NCBI RefSeq assembly: GCF_016432865.1
Contig: NC_067401.1
Coordinates: forward strand, 446,400,001-446,464,000
Reading direction: 5' to 3'
From: Antechinus flavipes
Taxonomy: Eukaryota
Length of the DNA: 64,000 bases
The position numbers and the translations under genes are program-made. Of this stretch, positions 25,403-38,038 are shown in pieces. Every line of letters starts with the position of its first letter. Position 1 is the first letter of the stretch. The notes under the pieces were generated by a model. That model was not told where the DNA came from. It ran no database searches and saw only the letters and a list, made by a program, of their open reading frames with translations.

Positions 25403-28238
25403 GTTCTTCTGTCACTTTATCACAAAATACAATTTTTCCTTCATATTCACATGACTTGGGACATTTTCTACAAATGAAACTTTTTGCCTTTGAAAAACAT
25501 TGGACAGCTCAGAGCTTGCTAATTCTGCAAAGGAAGCAGAAAGTGGATCTTCTTCCCATAAGGTTGTAACTTAAAAGAGAACAGGGACAGACTACTTGTA
25601 GGAAAATATATGCAGGTTAAAAATTGAGTTTTTTAACTAATTGACTGGGGAAACCCTTACAACAAGCTTTCTAAAGTCTAGAGGTATGCTGGAAAAGCCC
25701 TTAATAACAAAATCTAGGAAGCTGGGGCAAGGTGCAAACATCGATTCAGCATTATGAACAAGTGCAGTGTGAGTAAAAAATATTTTTTTCCTGCCATACT
25801 TGTAGTGTATAATCTTGATTCCAAGTGCTTAGATAGATTTGGATTTGAATTTCTACAGTGTCATTGAATTGTAGATCTTAATATTAGCTTTGTTTTCAGA
25901 ACAAGTTTGCTTGTAAGAAAATTCAGTGTTACTAGCTATATCTAAGTTGACTGCAACTTTAATCTTAGAATAATGAATCACAGTGCAAATTGTGGATTTG
26001 ATGAAATATTAATAGAATTGTCAATATGCAGTCTGATGTGTTGAAATTTTAGCCTTTTAGAATTTGATTTTGAAAATTTATAGTTTGAATAGAGATAATT
26101 TAATTCTAACTTCTCATTTTCAAGATAAAAAAATTGAGGCTGACATTAAGTGGCTTGCCCATGGTTAAGCTATTTGTCTTGAATCTTCATCTCCAAAAGC
26201 CTTAAACATTTATAGTCAGTAGCTTAGTAGATATTTGCTAGATGTATGTCCTTATGGAATAGGTTCCGCAATCCTGTTCAAATGAACATTGTATTATTTG
26301 TTCATGATTAGACTGCTTACACAAAGGTCTGAGGGCATAAAATTTCATAAGTAAAAAGATTGGAAGGTCTTGCCATGATGGTCTCCAACAAGTGCTTGGC
26401 AGAACAAAGTAAGCCTTCCTCCTTCAACTTTCCCCTAAATCCAGGGAGCTGAGAACTTGGATTTGGTGCTTTTCCAAGTTTTCCGGTTTATCATATCCGT
26501 CTCCAAGAGAAACTATATATCTTTGATAGTTCTAAGATGTTGTTATGACTTTGATACATGTACCATTCATTCATTCCCTGCCTTGAATGACTGGATCTCA
26601 AGTTTTCACCTAGTTTAAATGGAGAGATGAGACTATATCTCTTGAGTTTCCTTCTAGCTCAAAATCTATAATAAATCTGTGAGTATTTGCAGTCTTGTTC
26701 TGTCCAATGGACTTTATGTAGTTATATGTTCTTTTTGGTTGTTTGATTGAAGTAATAAAAGATACTAAGATTCTGAGCCATATATACTCCTGAATAAACA
26801 TGCTAGGCTTATTTGAGAATAGTCCAAGTGATCAGTCTCATATCAGAGCAGCAATTCTGAATCCTCCATTGCCATATTTTAGATTTTTTTAGGTAAAGAA
26901 TGAATTTTACTTTTGTGTGGCACCCAGCGACCAGGTTTTGTTTAAATACTGTTTTACATCTGATTAAATCAGTTGTCACTAGGAGCCAAAAATGCATTAC
27001 ATGTCTTAATTGCCCGGCAAAAACTTTATATTATTCTAATATCATTCAAAAATGAATTAAATTATGCTGTTTTAACTAAAATATATTTCTTCCAAGGGGA
27101 TATCATATTACTTTTTATAGCACGTCACAATGTAAGTATTTTTGTAAACTTTATTAGCATATGGTTTTAGATACCTGATTCTACCTGTTAGAAATATTGA
27201 TATGTTTGACCTCTGATTTGACAGCAGTTTTGTATGTTCAGAAATTTAAGATACCCCAATGGCATCTAATGGCCTTCTAAGGTGTTCTTAGATTGGAAAG
27301 AGTAAGGGGAAAACTTGCCTTCTGACAATAACTAAACACTTTAAAGTGTCCTAAATTGCAGTTTTCTAAATTGGGGGGTGGGGGTGGGGTGTTCACGTAT
27401 TTAAAAATTACATGAAAGAGACAAAACTAAGTATATCTTTTTACTTTATCACTTACATATTAGTCCACCTTTCCATCCTTCAGTAACCATACTTGGGAAT
27501 GTATCTCTAACTTAAAATTTTTTATCCCTTTAATTGAATTGTGTTTGAGTTCTACTTGGTTTCCAAGTTATGAATAGGAAAGAGAATGCCTTCAACTTTA
27601 ATGCTAAGCTGCAATCCTGCTTTCTATATTATTGTCTCTATTTTTTTGTAAATGGGCTGCATTTATAATTTCTAAACTGAGCACATTATGTTGTTACCTA
27701 GTTGACAAATATAGAATGAACATTTAGATTGTCTGGACCTATTCCCACAGATTGCCACGAGTATATGTAATAAAATTTTTATTTAATAAAAATAAACAGA
27801 TGTGCATGTTTTTCATATTTTAGGGAAGTTAAGAACTGCCTGAAACTGGCTAAAAGAACATTATACCTATAATTATTTATTCATAACCGAAGAATGAATT
27901 TTGAATAGAAAATCTTTGACCAGGTAGAACAGATTTAGAAGTTGGTTGTTTTAAGTTTGGCATTTTCAAAGCTGCTTTTTTTTCCTTAACCTATCTTGTG
28001 ATGACTAGTCAAGACTCTTCTACACCATCCTGATTTAAATTAGACCCCACCTCTTAGATAGTGATGAGATTTTTAAATTTGTGTCCTAAATAAAAATGAA
28101 TAATACAAACTGTTTACACAATTTCTAAAAGAAATTTTATCTGTTCATCTTGGTTAGTGTTGTTTGTACAAAAGAGATAACTCTTTCACTGTGTTCATTG
28201 TTATAATATGTTCTTTGTCTCTTATCTGTACACTTAAG

Positions 28239-28277
28239 CAACTAAATTCGACTCAACCTGAAGGAGATAACTTTATG
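28239..28277 (+). CDS. SH3GLB1: SH3GLB1 alternative exon 6 short (QLNSTQPEGDNFM)
   Basis: cacttaag acceptor; 39 nt; donor ATG|gtaaat. Homologous to QLNSARLEGDNIM of neuronal endophilin-B1b. Confidence 0.92.
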
Positions 28278-28325
28278 GTAAATTTATCTTACATGCTCAA
28301 CTTGCTGCATGTAAAATGGCTGAAG
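28239..28325 (+). CDS. SH3GLB1: SH3GLB1 alternative exon 6 long (adds VNLSYMLNLLHVKWLK)
   Basis: In-frame 48-nt extension to a second donor AAG|gtttgt. Matches the VNFSYMLNFLHVKWLK segment of endophilin-B1c. Confidence 0.9.
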
Positions 28326-30067
28326 GTTTGTTGGCCCTACCATGTTCTCTACATCTTCAGTGAACTGTCTTCTCTTGCTATTCACATCTTTTTCCATTTT
28401 GAATTTCTAAAGTTAGACATTCAGAATTATATATTAATTGTAAAAACGAACTATAAAAATTTGTCATCAAAGTAACTTTTTTGTGCTTACAAACCAGTTG
28501 TTAATGTCAGAATCTATAATCACATACTAAAATAGGCTTTTTCTTCTGCCTTTCCTTGATATATGTAGGCCAGTGTTTTCATCAGAATTTGAGCTTTGCT
28601 TAGTATAAGAACATTCTCTCTCCCATCCTAGTATTGGGGGTATTGTTACTGCCTCTCAACAAGGAGGCACTCAGCCAGCAGCTGCCCATCTCCTGCCCAA
28701 TCCCAGCTCCTCTCTTGTGGGTCTACAAAGGAGCCAGAAGTGAGTTGTTGAGAAGTTTTTTTTTTTTTTTTCTGCTATTTTCTTCACAGCTCATATTTCT
28801 GCTATAGTATATATGTTGACTCAAATTGGGGGGAATTTAAAAAAAAACTTTAGGATTAACTTGCTATAATTTTAGGTTGTCTTTTGAGACACTGGAGATA
28901 TAACTTTTTTTAAGTTATTTAAAATTAGTTCAACTTAAGGCACTGAAATCTGAAAGCATTTTTCCAATTTTATTAAGTTCCATATTAGTAAACAAGTACT
29001 TATTGAGCAATTATGATTGTTGGATATCAGTGGCCTGTGCATGTGTTATTCCAACTGGAATGGTAGAGAATCTTTAATGTAATTAGGACCACTTTGGCGA
29101 GACAACTTTAAAAAAATTAATGCTTTGCCAAAAACAGGGAAACTGCATATGATAATCAGGCTTAATATAATTTTTTAAAAATACATACTAAATATATACA
29201 ATTTGTGATGATTTTTCACTGTTTCTACTACCACAGTTACTGAGGTCCTTCTTAAGAAAATTAGCATATTTTTCAAATAGCAAGAGAATACATTTACTCA
29301 TTTTCATTGTCTTATTTAGTAGATAATGTGAATGTATGAAAATGTTTGTCATAATGCTAAAATTAGTGTGTTAGTTTTAGTATACATAAAATATTAGAGC
29401 CAGAAGGAAAGTCAGAGCATTCAGCTAAAGATCTTAGGTTAAATAGAAGGAAAAACAACAACAAATCTTTTCCAACTGTTGTTATGGAATTTGCTATAGA
29501 TTACCTTATGTTTTCAACATTTAATACCCCAGCTTTTTTTAACATGAATTATTATTATAACTTGGGTTTATTCTTCTAAAGCTAGTAGTGTTAATGTAAA
29601 GTATCCAATTATAGCCCCTGTTAATATTAATCTCATCTAAGTATGAATCCATAATTTGAGCCAGAAGTCATGTTGGCAGTTATCTTACTCAACATACTGA
29701 TAGATGAGGAAACTTGGACCTAAAAATAACTAAAAACTGGCCCAAAATGAAATTCTGGTTTTCATTAATTTCTGTATAGTAATTGATTTCTATAATCTGT
29801 AGTTTCTATAATTGAGCTATTCAAGTGATCATTTTTATTTAAATACATTTATCACTGAAGAAGGCTTTTTGTAAATTCAACTGAATAAGTTGTTAGAATG
29901 TTTTAATCTGCCAAAATTTCAATAACGGGGGTGGGGATAAAGATAGTTCTAATAAGGATGCTAAAATAATGTTGTAATTTATCTGTGCAATGATATAGAA
30001 AATGTTGTAATCACAGTTTTCTTTCATGGTCTTCAATGATTTTCCTCTAATTTTTAATGCTGGCTAG

Positions 30068-30091
30068 ATTTGGGCGGAGGAAGTAACAAAA
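30068..30091 (+). CDS. SH3GLB1: SH3GLB1 alternative microexon 7 (IWAEEVTK)
   Basis: 24 nt; acceptor aatgctggctag, donor AAA|gtaagt. Peptide identical to the neuronal exon-7 insert. Confidence 0.95.
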
Positions 30092-31239
30092 GTAAGTAAG
30101 TCTTTAAACAAAAATTTGTGAAAAAAAATTTCTAAATCTAAAATTTGCTGATCAAATCTGAAAATTATAGAAAAGACACTTGGGGTGATATACGACTTAA
30201 TTTTGCTTATGCAACATTGAGTTGCACATTATTATTATTGATAAGGCAATTTTCCAAAAAGGCATTATAAGGGAAAATAGTAATTAGATTTTTATTCTTG
30301 CCATGCAGTAGAAAATATAGTATGCCTTTTTTTTTTTTTTTTTTTAATATTCAGGATCAGTTTTGGTTACCATATAAACTATGTGTAGTATCTTGAACTA
30401 CTACTCTATTTAAGAGCTATTGTTTCAAGTGTTGACTTCTACGAACTTAAACTGGTCATATGACATTTAGGAATAATTGTAATTGGGTTTAATCCGTTTC
30501 ACAAAGGAGCTGGCACTCATACTTGAGTGATAAAAATTATAGGAACCTGTTCATATAGTCCAGGGGTTCTTAACCTTTCATGTGTCATAGGCCCCATTGT
30601 CTTGTCAGAATCTATAATTATAACCCCAAAGTCTATGGATCTCCTCTTAGAATGTTTTTAAAATACATAGAATTACAAAGGAAACCAAATAGATTTAAAT
30701 ATAGTTATAAATATTTTTAAAATTTAACTGATCCCAGTGTAATCCCTAATCTAGTCCAAGTTGTGAATGGGTTCCTACCCAGCGATGGAGTTAGTTGGTA
30801 ATAATTTAAAGGACTCGGGTCTTTATCACCATAGCTTCCTAAAATTATAGAACAACCAAGTCTTCAAATGCTTGTCTTTGGCTCAAACATCTTTTCTTAG
30901 TTCTTGTAGTTTATAGCAGGGGAAGGGCTTGTGGTAGTTATCTAAGCAAACCTCTCTTTTCCTTCAGTGGCTAGGGTTTTCTTTGGGCTTGGGTCTTTGT
31001 TTTGTTCTGTTTTGTTTTTTTACTAGCTGCCCTAAAGATACCCATTTCATAAACATATTAGAAACATGTTTACATAAGCATCCTTTAGATCTTGCCAGAA
31101 TATTGTAAAATGTAGTTAGGTGAAGGGTATTCAGCATTAGCATGGTGTATGAAAAAAATCACACAGATGGATTTCCCAGAAGTCTGACCAATAATTCCTA
31201 GGTTGTGGAGAAGAGTTGTTTTTAAACTGAAGATGTCCA

Positions 31240-31400
31240 ATCCTATTGTGGGAATGAATGAACAAGCATTTATTAAGTCAGTCAGTCAGTAAACATTGAT
31301 TAGGCACCTACTATACGCCAGACACAGTGTTAAATCCTGGGAAGAGAAAGACAAAGACTGTCTCTGTGCTCAAGAAGCCTTCAGTCTGATGGGCAAGACC
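31240..31400 (-). mobile_element. L2 3'-end fragment
   Basis: gaatgaatgaacaagcatttattaag...caggcacct-like...tgtgctcaagaagccttcagtctgatggg. Confidence 0.65.
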
Positions 31401-34400
31401 AGAGGTGAAGGGGAAGGAAGGGAAAGAGCTAAATAATAGCTCAAGGAGAGGAGTGGCCAGGAACAGGCCTCAGGGGCCAGGTCTGATACTGGGAGGCAGT
31501 GGCAAAGTTGAAATAGAAAGCGGGATGTGAGCTAGCTGCTGAGGAATTAGCAAGAGAATCCCTGAGCTGCCTGCCCAAGCTGGTGGAGTTGGCTCCTGGC
31601 ATCTTTCTTGTCCTTGTACCTTCTTGGCTTATGCCTTAGAGCAGGTGTTAGAAAAGCATAGCAGCTTTTTTCCCTTCCTTCTTCGACCATACCTCAGTTG
31701 TATTGCATATTGGGGTGGTTCCTCTGTGACTGAAGGTTAACTCTTGAAGCATGCATCTGAAATATATGTCTTAAACAATACATACTATATAATTTAAACT
31801 TTTCTTATTTTCTTCAGAAAATGTCAGATCTATGTCTTAGAGACAGAAATTCAACCCAATTCAAAGTCTTTTGTTCCCACCATATACTGAACTAAAATGA
31901 TAAAGTACATCTTTTTTCCTACCAAGTTAAATATTAAATTAGACTGCAGTATTCTCCTTTAAGTTGTTTTCCTACTGTTAGTAATCTTTGGTGTCCTTTG
32001 AAATTCAGCAGTATTCTTTTACTTAAATATCTATAATCACTTCAGTAATAATGACAATTGTCATTTCTGTGGTTCCATATGCTGAAGTACTTTATAAAGA
32101 TTTTATTTTTACAAACACATGTGAGGAAAGCATTATAATTACTATCACTTTTTTTTTTAAACAAATGAAGAAACTGGAACTCAGAGTAAGTGTCTTTATA
32201 TTTAAACCAAGGTTTTTCTGCCTTGCAAAGCCTGTGCTCTCTGCATGTGAATTAATCTAAATATGGAAAATTTCTACCTTGTGAATGTCTGATTTTGTCA
32301 TCACAGCTTGGTCAGATCATGTCATGTTTTTACAAACACTGAAGGCCTAAGTATGAGTGGCCTCTAAGAACTCTTAATTGAAATATTTATAAAAAGCCAT
32401 TAGGCACATAATAGGCATTATATACATATGATTATTTCCTTCCTCTTCTTGTGAGATTAATCCTTCTGGGTTTGCTAGAGTATCATTATCAGAGTTTTAT
32501 TGTAACATCAATTTACTTCTATTGTTTTCCCCAAAGCCTTGACAGTTGCCCAGTCAGCTGTAAATGCACGTGATTAAAGATGTAACCTTGAATTTATTGA
32601 TTTTCCTTAATATCTTTGTTAGGTAGAACATTTATTCCTTTTCTTTTTTCCATTTACTTTTCTTGATCTAATTGGTATTATTAGCACTAACTGAAATAAA
32701 CTTGAGCCTACTGCTAAAGCACAATGTGCTGTGGTTGAGGCCAAATAATTTTTATGACTTCATTGTATGATTTGTTGAGCAACATATTGCCAAGGGGCCT
32801 AACCCAGTGGTGAACCTACTTTTTCCTACTTAGGTCAGTGAAGTGGAGATTGATTGTCCAATTAGATTTTCAGCACCTTTGTTTATTTTTCCCTTTACCT
32901 GTTTCTTACCTATTCATAACATTCAAATGCCTCAACTTAGAGAGTGAAGAGTTGAAAAACAGAGAAGAATTTGCCCAATTAGTCTTTTTGTTTGTTAAGG
33001 TTTTAGATGAAGTTGTTTGCCTTGTTGTATGGGACTTAGAACAACTTAACTATGGCAAGTGGAAGAGATACTGATATTCTGGTTTCTGTTTCTATTGATA
33101 TACCTCCTCTGAAGAGGATAAACTAGTCAGTTTAGATGAGCTAAGCAATTATTCCTTGGGGATTTGTGAACAAATCTATTTAAACAATTTGAGGGAAAGG
33201 CATGAGGTGAAGTTAATAATTGTTGGCAAAAAATTATTTCTGAATCACAAAATTCAGTGAACTTTTTTAGTTATTACTCCAATTTGCAGTGAGTAATTGA
33301 GGGTTGGCTGTAACTTTGAGAAATATTATATAACTTTGAAATGTCACAGAAAATCTGATGGTTTTTCTTTTTGTAAAAGATGCCTTGTGGAAGCTAAAGA
33401 AGGAAAAAACTCAGATATTGCTTAATAGATTTTAGAGGGAAAAAGGTCAAAATTTTTTACAAAGGAGTTCTTTTACTAAGAAACCTTAAAATTGTGCAGC
33501 CTCATTGCTGTAACTGGTACAAAAGGATAGGATTTCAGAATTTTATCTCCAAGATCTGTTTATTTGATTTAAAACTTTTTAAAAGTTTGAAGTAAAAATT
33601 AGAGAAACACTATGAAGATTATTAAAATATTGTTTTGAAAATTGCACTTTCAGAAACCTCAAATAATCCCTTCCTTCCTTTTATTAAATGCCTGCTGTGG
33701 GTTAGGTACTGGAGATACAAAGACAAAAAGTAGAACATTTTCTACTTTTGGAGGGCTTGCATTTTACTATAGTGTAGGGTGGCACTGGAACTGAGTTTTA
33801 AGATATATGGATGTGGAAGACAGTACATATACAGACATGGAAGAAACCGCCTGCAAAGTCAGAGAGCAAGAATTGAAACACCAAGTTTGGGGAAGAGAAG
33901 CTAGGTCAATTGTCTGGAACATAGAGTCTATGAAGGAAGTAACAATAACCCTGAAGAGGTTGATAGGAGCATGATTGTAAGGAACTTTAACTACTGTGAA
34001 TAGCACCCTGGATACTTTAGAAGCAGCGGGAGTCAGGATAAGCAAAAGTCTTTGATCTTTTTTCTTTGTCAAAGGGAAAGGAAAGGGATGGACACAGGAA
34101 TCTCCTTTTTTTCTACCGCCTGGAGTCACACTCCCTTGTCCTACTCCACCCTCTAATCCTTCCTCCAAATCTCTATATGCCAACATATCGAGCCAGCACA
34201 GAGTAGTGGGCAGGGCCATTCTTTCTCCAAGCATGTGCTAATAGAGTATTATCCAATTGGCAATTAGCCGCAAGTGCTGGGACCTCATGAAGTGCATCAA
34301 CTCAGTTTCAGCCCATTACAAAATACCAAATAATAGAGGGGCCCTAGATAGAGGCATTATTTCCTTAGTTCTGTGTCTATAAACTATGTGAAAGATGGAT

Positions 34401-35347
34401 TGGACCCATGAGGAAAATATTTTAGTAGTCTAGGTGAGATGGAAAAGTGAAGGCCTGAACTAGGTGGCTATTGGAGTCTCAATTAAAAAAAAATAGAATT
34501 GACATGCCTTGGCATCTGGTAATATGTAGAAAGTGAGAGTGAAGGTGAACATAAATGCCTAGAAGAATGGCAGTCTCTTAAATGAAACATATTAAGAATA
34601 GGGAGGGTTGAGGAGGAGATTAGTTGTGTCTTGTACATGGGGCTTGAGATGCCTTTGGAAGATCAGGTGAAATTGTTTGATCAGTATTTGGTGACTAAGG
34701 ACTAGAAAAAAAAGGCCTGGACTTAAGAATAAGATCATCATCAGGTTTGGTATTTTAGATGTCACTGAACTTTGGAAGAGAGCTACTTTTTGGAAAATAA
34801 ATTATGATTGTTTTGCTCAACAGTGCTTATTTTGTATTTTTTTTTTTCCCCATAAATTGGGATGGGGGAACAGATGTCAGGGGTTATCAATAGTAATGCC
34901 AGAAAAAGGGCCATTGTAACATTTTAAATGCACAGAAGAAAACAAAATAAGATTCAAAAGGAAGCAAAAACAATGAAGACAATTTGAAAATAATTTTACT
35001 ACTTGTGTAAAAAATCTTTTTCAAAGCAAATTTTATGTTATGGAGAAAGAAAATAGTTGCAGTATTAAAATAATTAGTCCTAAGTATTGTAATGTCTTGA
35101 GTTCTCCCCTTGTATTTTTTCTCCCAATATTTTGTGCATATTTATCCTTTGTATGACAATATTTCCCCTTCTTCAGTGTCAATGAGTTCCCTTGTAAATA
35201 AGTATTAAGTTAAAATTAGCTAATTGTCAGATAAGAGGGTTTGTTTAAAAAAAAAACATAATTGAAGGATTAGGCTAAATGCTGCATTAATATATTTTTT
35301 CCTTTCAATGAATTCTAAATATGTGTATATATATATATTATCTTAAG

Positions 35348-35437
35348 TCTGAACAGGAATTAAGAATAACTCAGAGTGAATTTGATCGACAAGCAGAGAT
35401 AACTAGACTCCTCCTGGAAGGGATCAGCAGTACACAT
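35348..35437 (+). CDS. SH3GLB1: SH3GLB1 exon 8 (SEQELRITQSEFDRQAEITRLLLEGISSTH)
   Basis: tcttaag acceptor; 90 nt; donor CAT|gtgagt. Confidence 0.97.
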
Positions 35438-35819
35438 GTGAGTATTAAAAATCATTCATTTAGAATATCAAATGCTCAAGAAAAGCCTAGGCTGTATACT
35501 CCAAAAGGATGGAAATGGGAACAGGGACATAAATTATATAGATTTTGTCAGGTTAAATGTAGATAGTACATCTCTCTCCTTGATTTGCTTTGCCTAATAG
35601 AGCTATGCAGATTTTCAAGTCAACTTGTCTTATTTTTTATGTGGTCCTCTCCATACACATTCACTGTTATAGTATTGTATTAATAAAATAAACTTTATAT
35701 TATTACTCTTTGGTAATGCAGTGGTTTTCCTAAGTTAATTGTGGATTTTTACAATTCTTCATTAGTGTAATGAAGTTGTCTGTCATACTGAGCTGCTAAT
35801 ATTTAACCTTATCTCCTAG

Positions 35820-35920
35820 GCACACCACCTTCGCTGCCTGAATGACTTTGTGGAAGCCCAGATGACTTACTATGCTCAATGCTACCAGTACATGCTGGAC
35901 CTGCAGAAACAACTTGGGAG
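35820..35920 (+). CDS. SH3GLB1: SH3GLB1 exon 9 (AHHLRCLNDFVEAQMTYYAQCYQYMLDLQKQLG)
   Basis: atctcctag acceptor; 101 nt; donor AG|gtagga; end of the BAR domain. Confidence 0.98.
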
Positions 35921-37431
35921 GTAGGAGTGAATGCTTTTTGTGAACAGAGCTGTCAACCCTTGAGGAGTGAGACTTTACCTGTGAACTGATCTTAGGAATG
36001 AAGATGAGAGATGTTAGGGTCTCTACAGTATATAGTATCAGTTACTTTTTCAGAACCGTAATTTAGTTCTCACACTATTCTCTCCATATAGTAGAGTAGT
36101 TGCTACTGTTTGCAAACATTTAGGCATGTGAACAGTATGTAGATAAGTATTGTTGAGGGAGTCTAGTTTCTGTGTAGTGTCAAAAGGAACTTTGAAGTAG
36201 AAAAATAAAAGAAATGTAACTGGAGCAACATCATATCAGTATATTTAAGAACAAAAGATCAGTCCAGTTCATTCTAGTCCCCTCGTTTTCCATGAAGAAA
36301 TTGAAATGCAAAAAAGAAAGTGATTGGCCCAAGCAGAGGAGGTAGGTGAAGAGTCAGTCAGAGTCTGAAGGACATCAGTGGACCATGGCCTTGGTGCTCA
36401 TGGAGCTCCCAGCATCTCCTTTTATAGGTGAGGGAACAGACCCAAAGACTGCAAGTGACAAGTTAAGCATCCAACAAGGAGGTGGCAAAGCCAGAATTTG
36501 AGCCCAGCTCAAACTCTCCAAGTTCAGCTTGTCTGTATTGTCACCCAGCTTACGTTTCATAACAAGTTCTTTCTAGAATCCATTTGAAATATATAACTAC
36601 CTTCTTCTACAGGTATTTTTGCTTCCACTTCAGACCTTCAAACATCCAAGTGATGTCAGAGCATCCTGGCTTCTAAGAGAATCATAACAGCTGCAGTTTA
36701 TATCATACTTTGAATTTTGCAGGAGGTTTTCTTTACATATTCTTGTTTGGTGCTCATAATACTTGGGGAAGTTAGTACAATAGATATTCTCCCTTTTTGC
36801 AGCTAAGGTCTGGCTCAGAGAGGTTAAGCTGCTGCCTAAAGTCAAATCCTACTAAATTGCCTGGGAATTTGTCATCCTATATCATCCCAAGTTTGTTTGC
36901 CATCTGCACATGTCTGCAGGGAGAGAGACAGGGCAAGGCAAGGCAGGGGAACTTGGCAAGGAACCAGCCAGACTTACCAACCCTCCTCCCTCCACTGAAT
37001 TCTGGGAAGACTGAGACTGGTCTTGAGAAGGCAAAGGACAGGAGTTTCTGGAGAGGGTTTGCTCTGCTCTTCTTAGAACAGAGGAGAGAAACCTGGCTGC
37101 ATCAGTTTGGATCAAGCCACTAAAATAAACTGGTTTTAAAAAAAACAGGATGAAAAATTAGAGTTCAAATTTAAAGGATCTAACTTAGTTGAGAATCACT
37201 TTTTTATTTTCCATCGCCTATACTCTGGTTGAGGAACTAAAAGGAAAGCAGGTAGCAAAATAGTAGTTTTAGGTACCTTGTTTGCTTTTCTTCCAAACTT
37301 GCATTTATTTTTATTCAAGTCTCTGTTTTAATAAAGCACTAAGAAGGGTATAAAGTTAACTGAGACATTTGAATTTAAAATATTATGTATTTGCTTCTTG
37401 AACAATAAATTGGATTTTAAAATATTATATC

Positions 37432-37592
37432 AGGATAGCTAGATGAAACAGTGGACAGAGCACCCACCAGCCCTGAAGTCAGGAGGACCCGAGTTCAAAG
37501 TCAGCCTCAGACACTTAACACTTCCAAGCTATGTGACTGGACAAGTCACTTAAACCCTACTGCCTCATTTAAAAAAAAAAAAAAAAAAAAAA
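37432..37592 (+). mobile_element. WSINE1-like SINE with A22 tail
   Basis: agccctgaagtcaggaggacccgagttcaaa; 19-bp TSD with 3 mismatches (37413-37431 vs 37593-37611). Confidence 0.88.
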
Positions 37593-38006
37593 GATTTTAC
37601 AAAATTACATCAATAATCCAAACAAATACATTTAGTGTGAATCCTCATTGGCATTCTCATAATAATAGAAGAAATTACACTAATTTTAAAATAGGATATT
37701 TGGATATGATTAAAACAAGAAAAACCGCCCATCTTCTCTCTTCTTAATTTCCTATAAGTCTACCCTGCCTTTTTAAAACTCCTGTTTTGCCGGGCAGAGA
37801 GGTAGATAGGTTCTATGTGCCTGAGATTAATTACACAGACCTGAGAGAAATAAGAGCTTTCCTTCCTTCTTCTGATCATTCAGAGTAAACATGGGGTTAT
37901 CAGTGAAGAAATAACATCAGAGTTTTGCCTTTTTGAAGGGTGGAACCTAAATTTGGTAGTTGTGTTTGTTTTGATTGGAACTGCCTAACAGAAGCATTTT
38001 CTTTTT

Positions 38007-38038
<32 letters not shown>

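Noticed and set aside
28164-28475. 103-aa ORF as an independent gene
   Set aside because: It is exon 6L plus intronic flanks. The same applies to the ORFs at 35321-35566 (exon 8) and 40266-40517 (exon 10).
32307-32350. 44-nt exon-like segment with YCAY motifs
   Set aside because: Weak donor and acceptor, frameshifting, no additional support.
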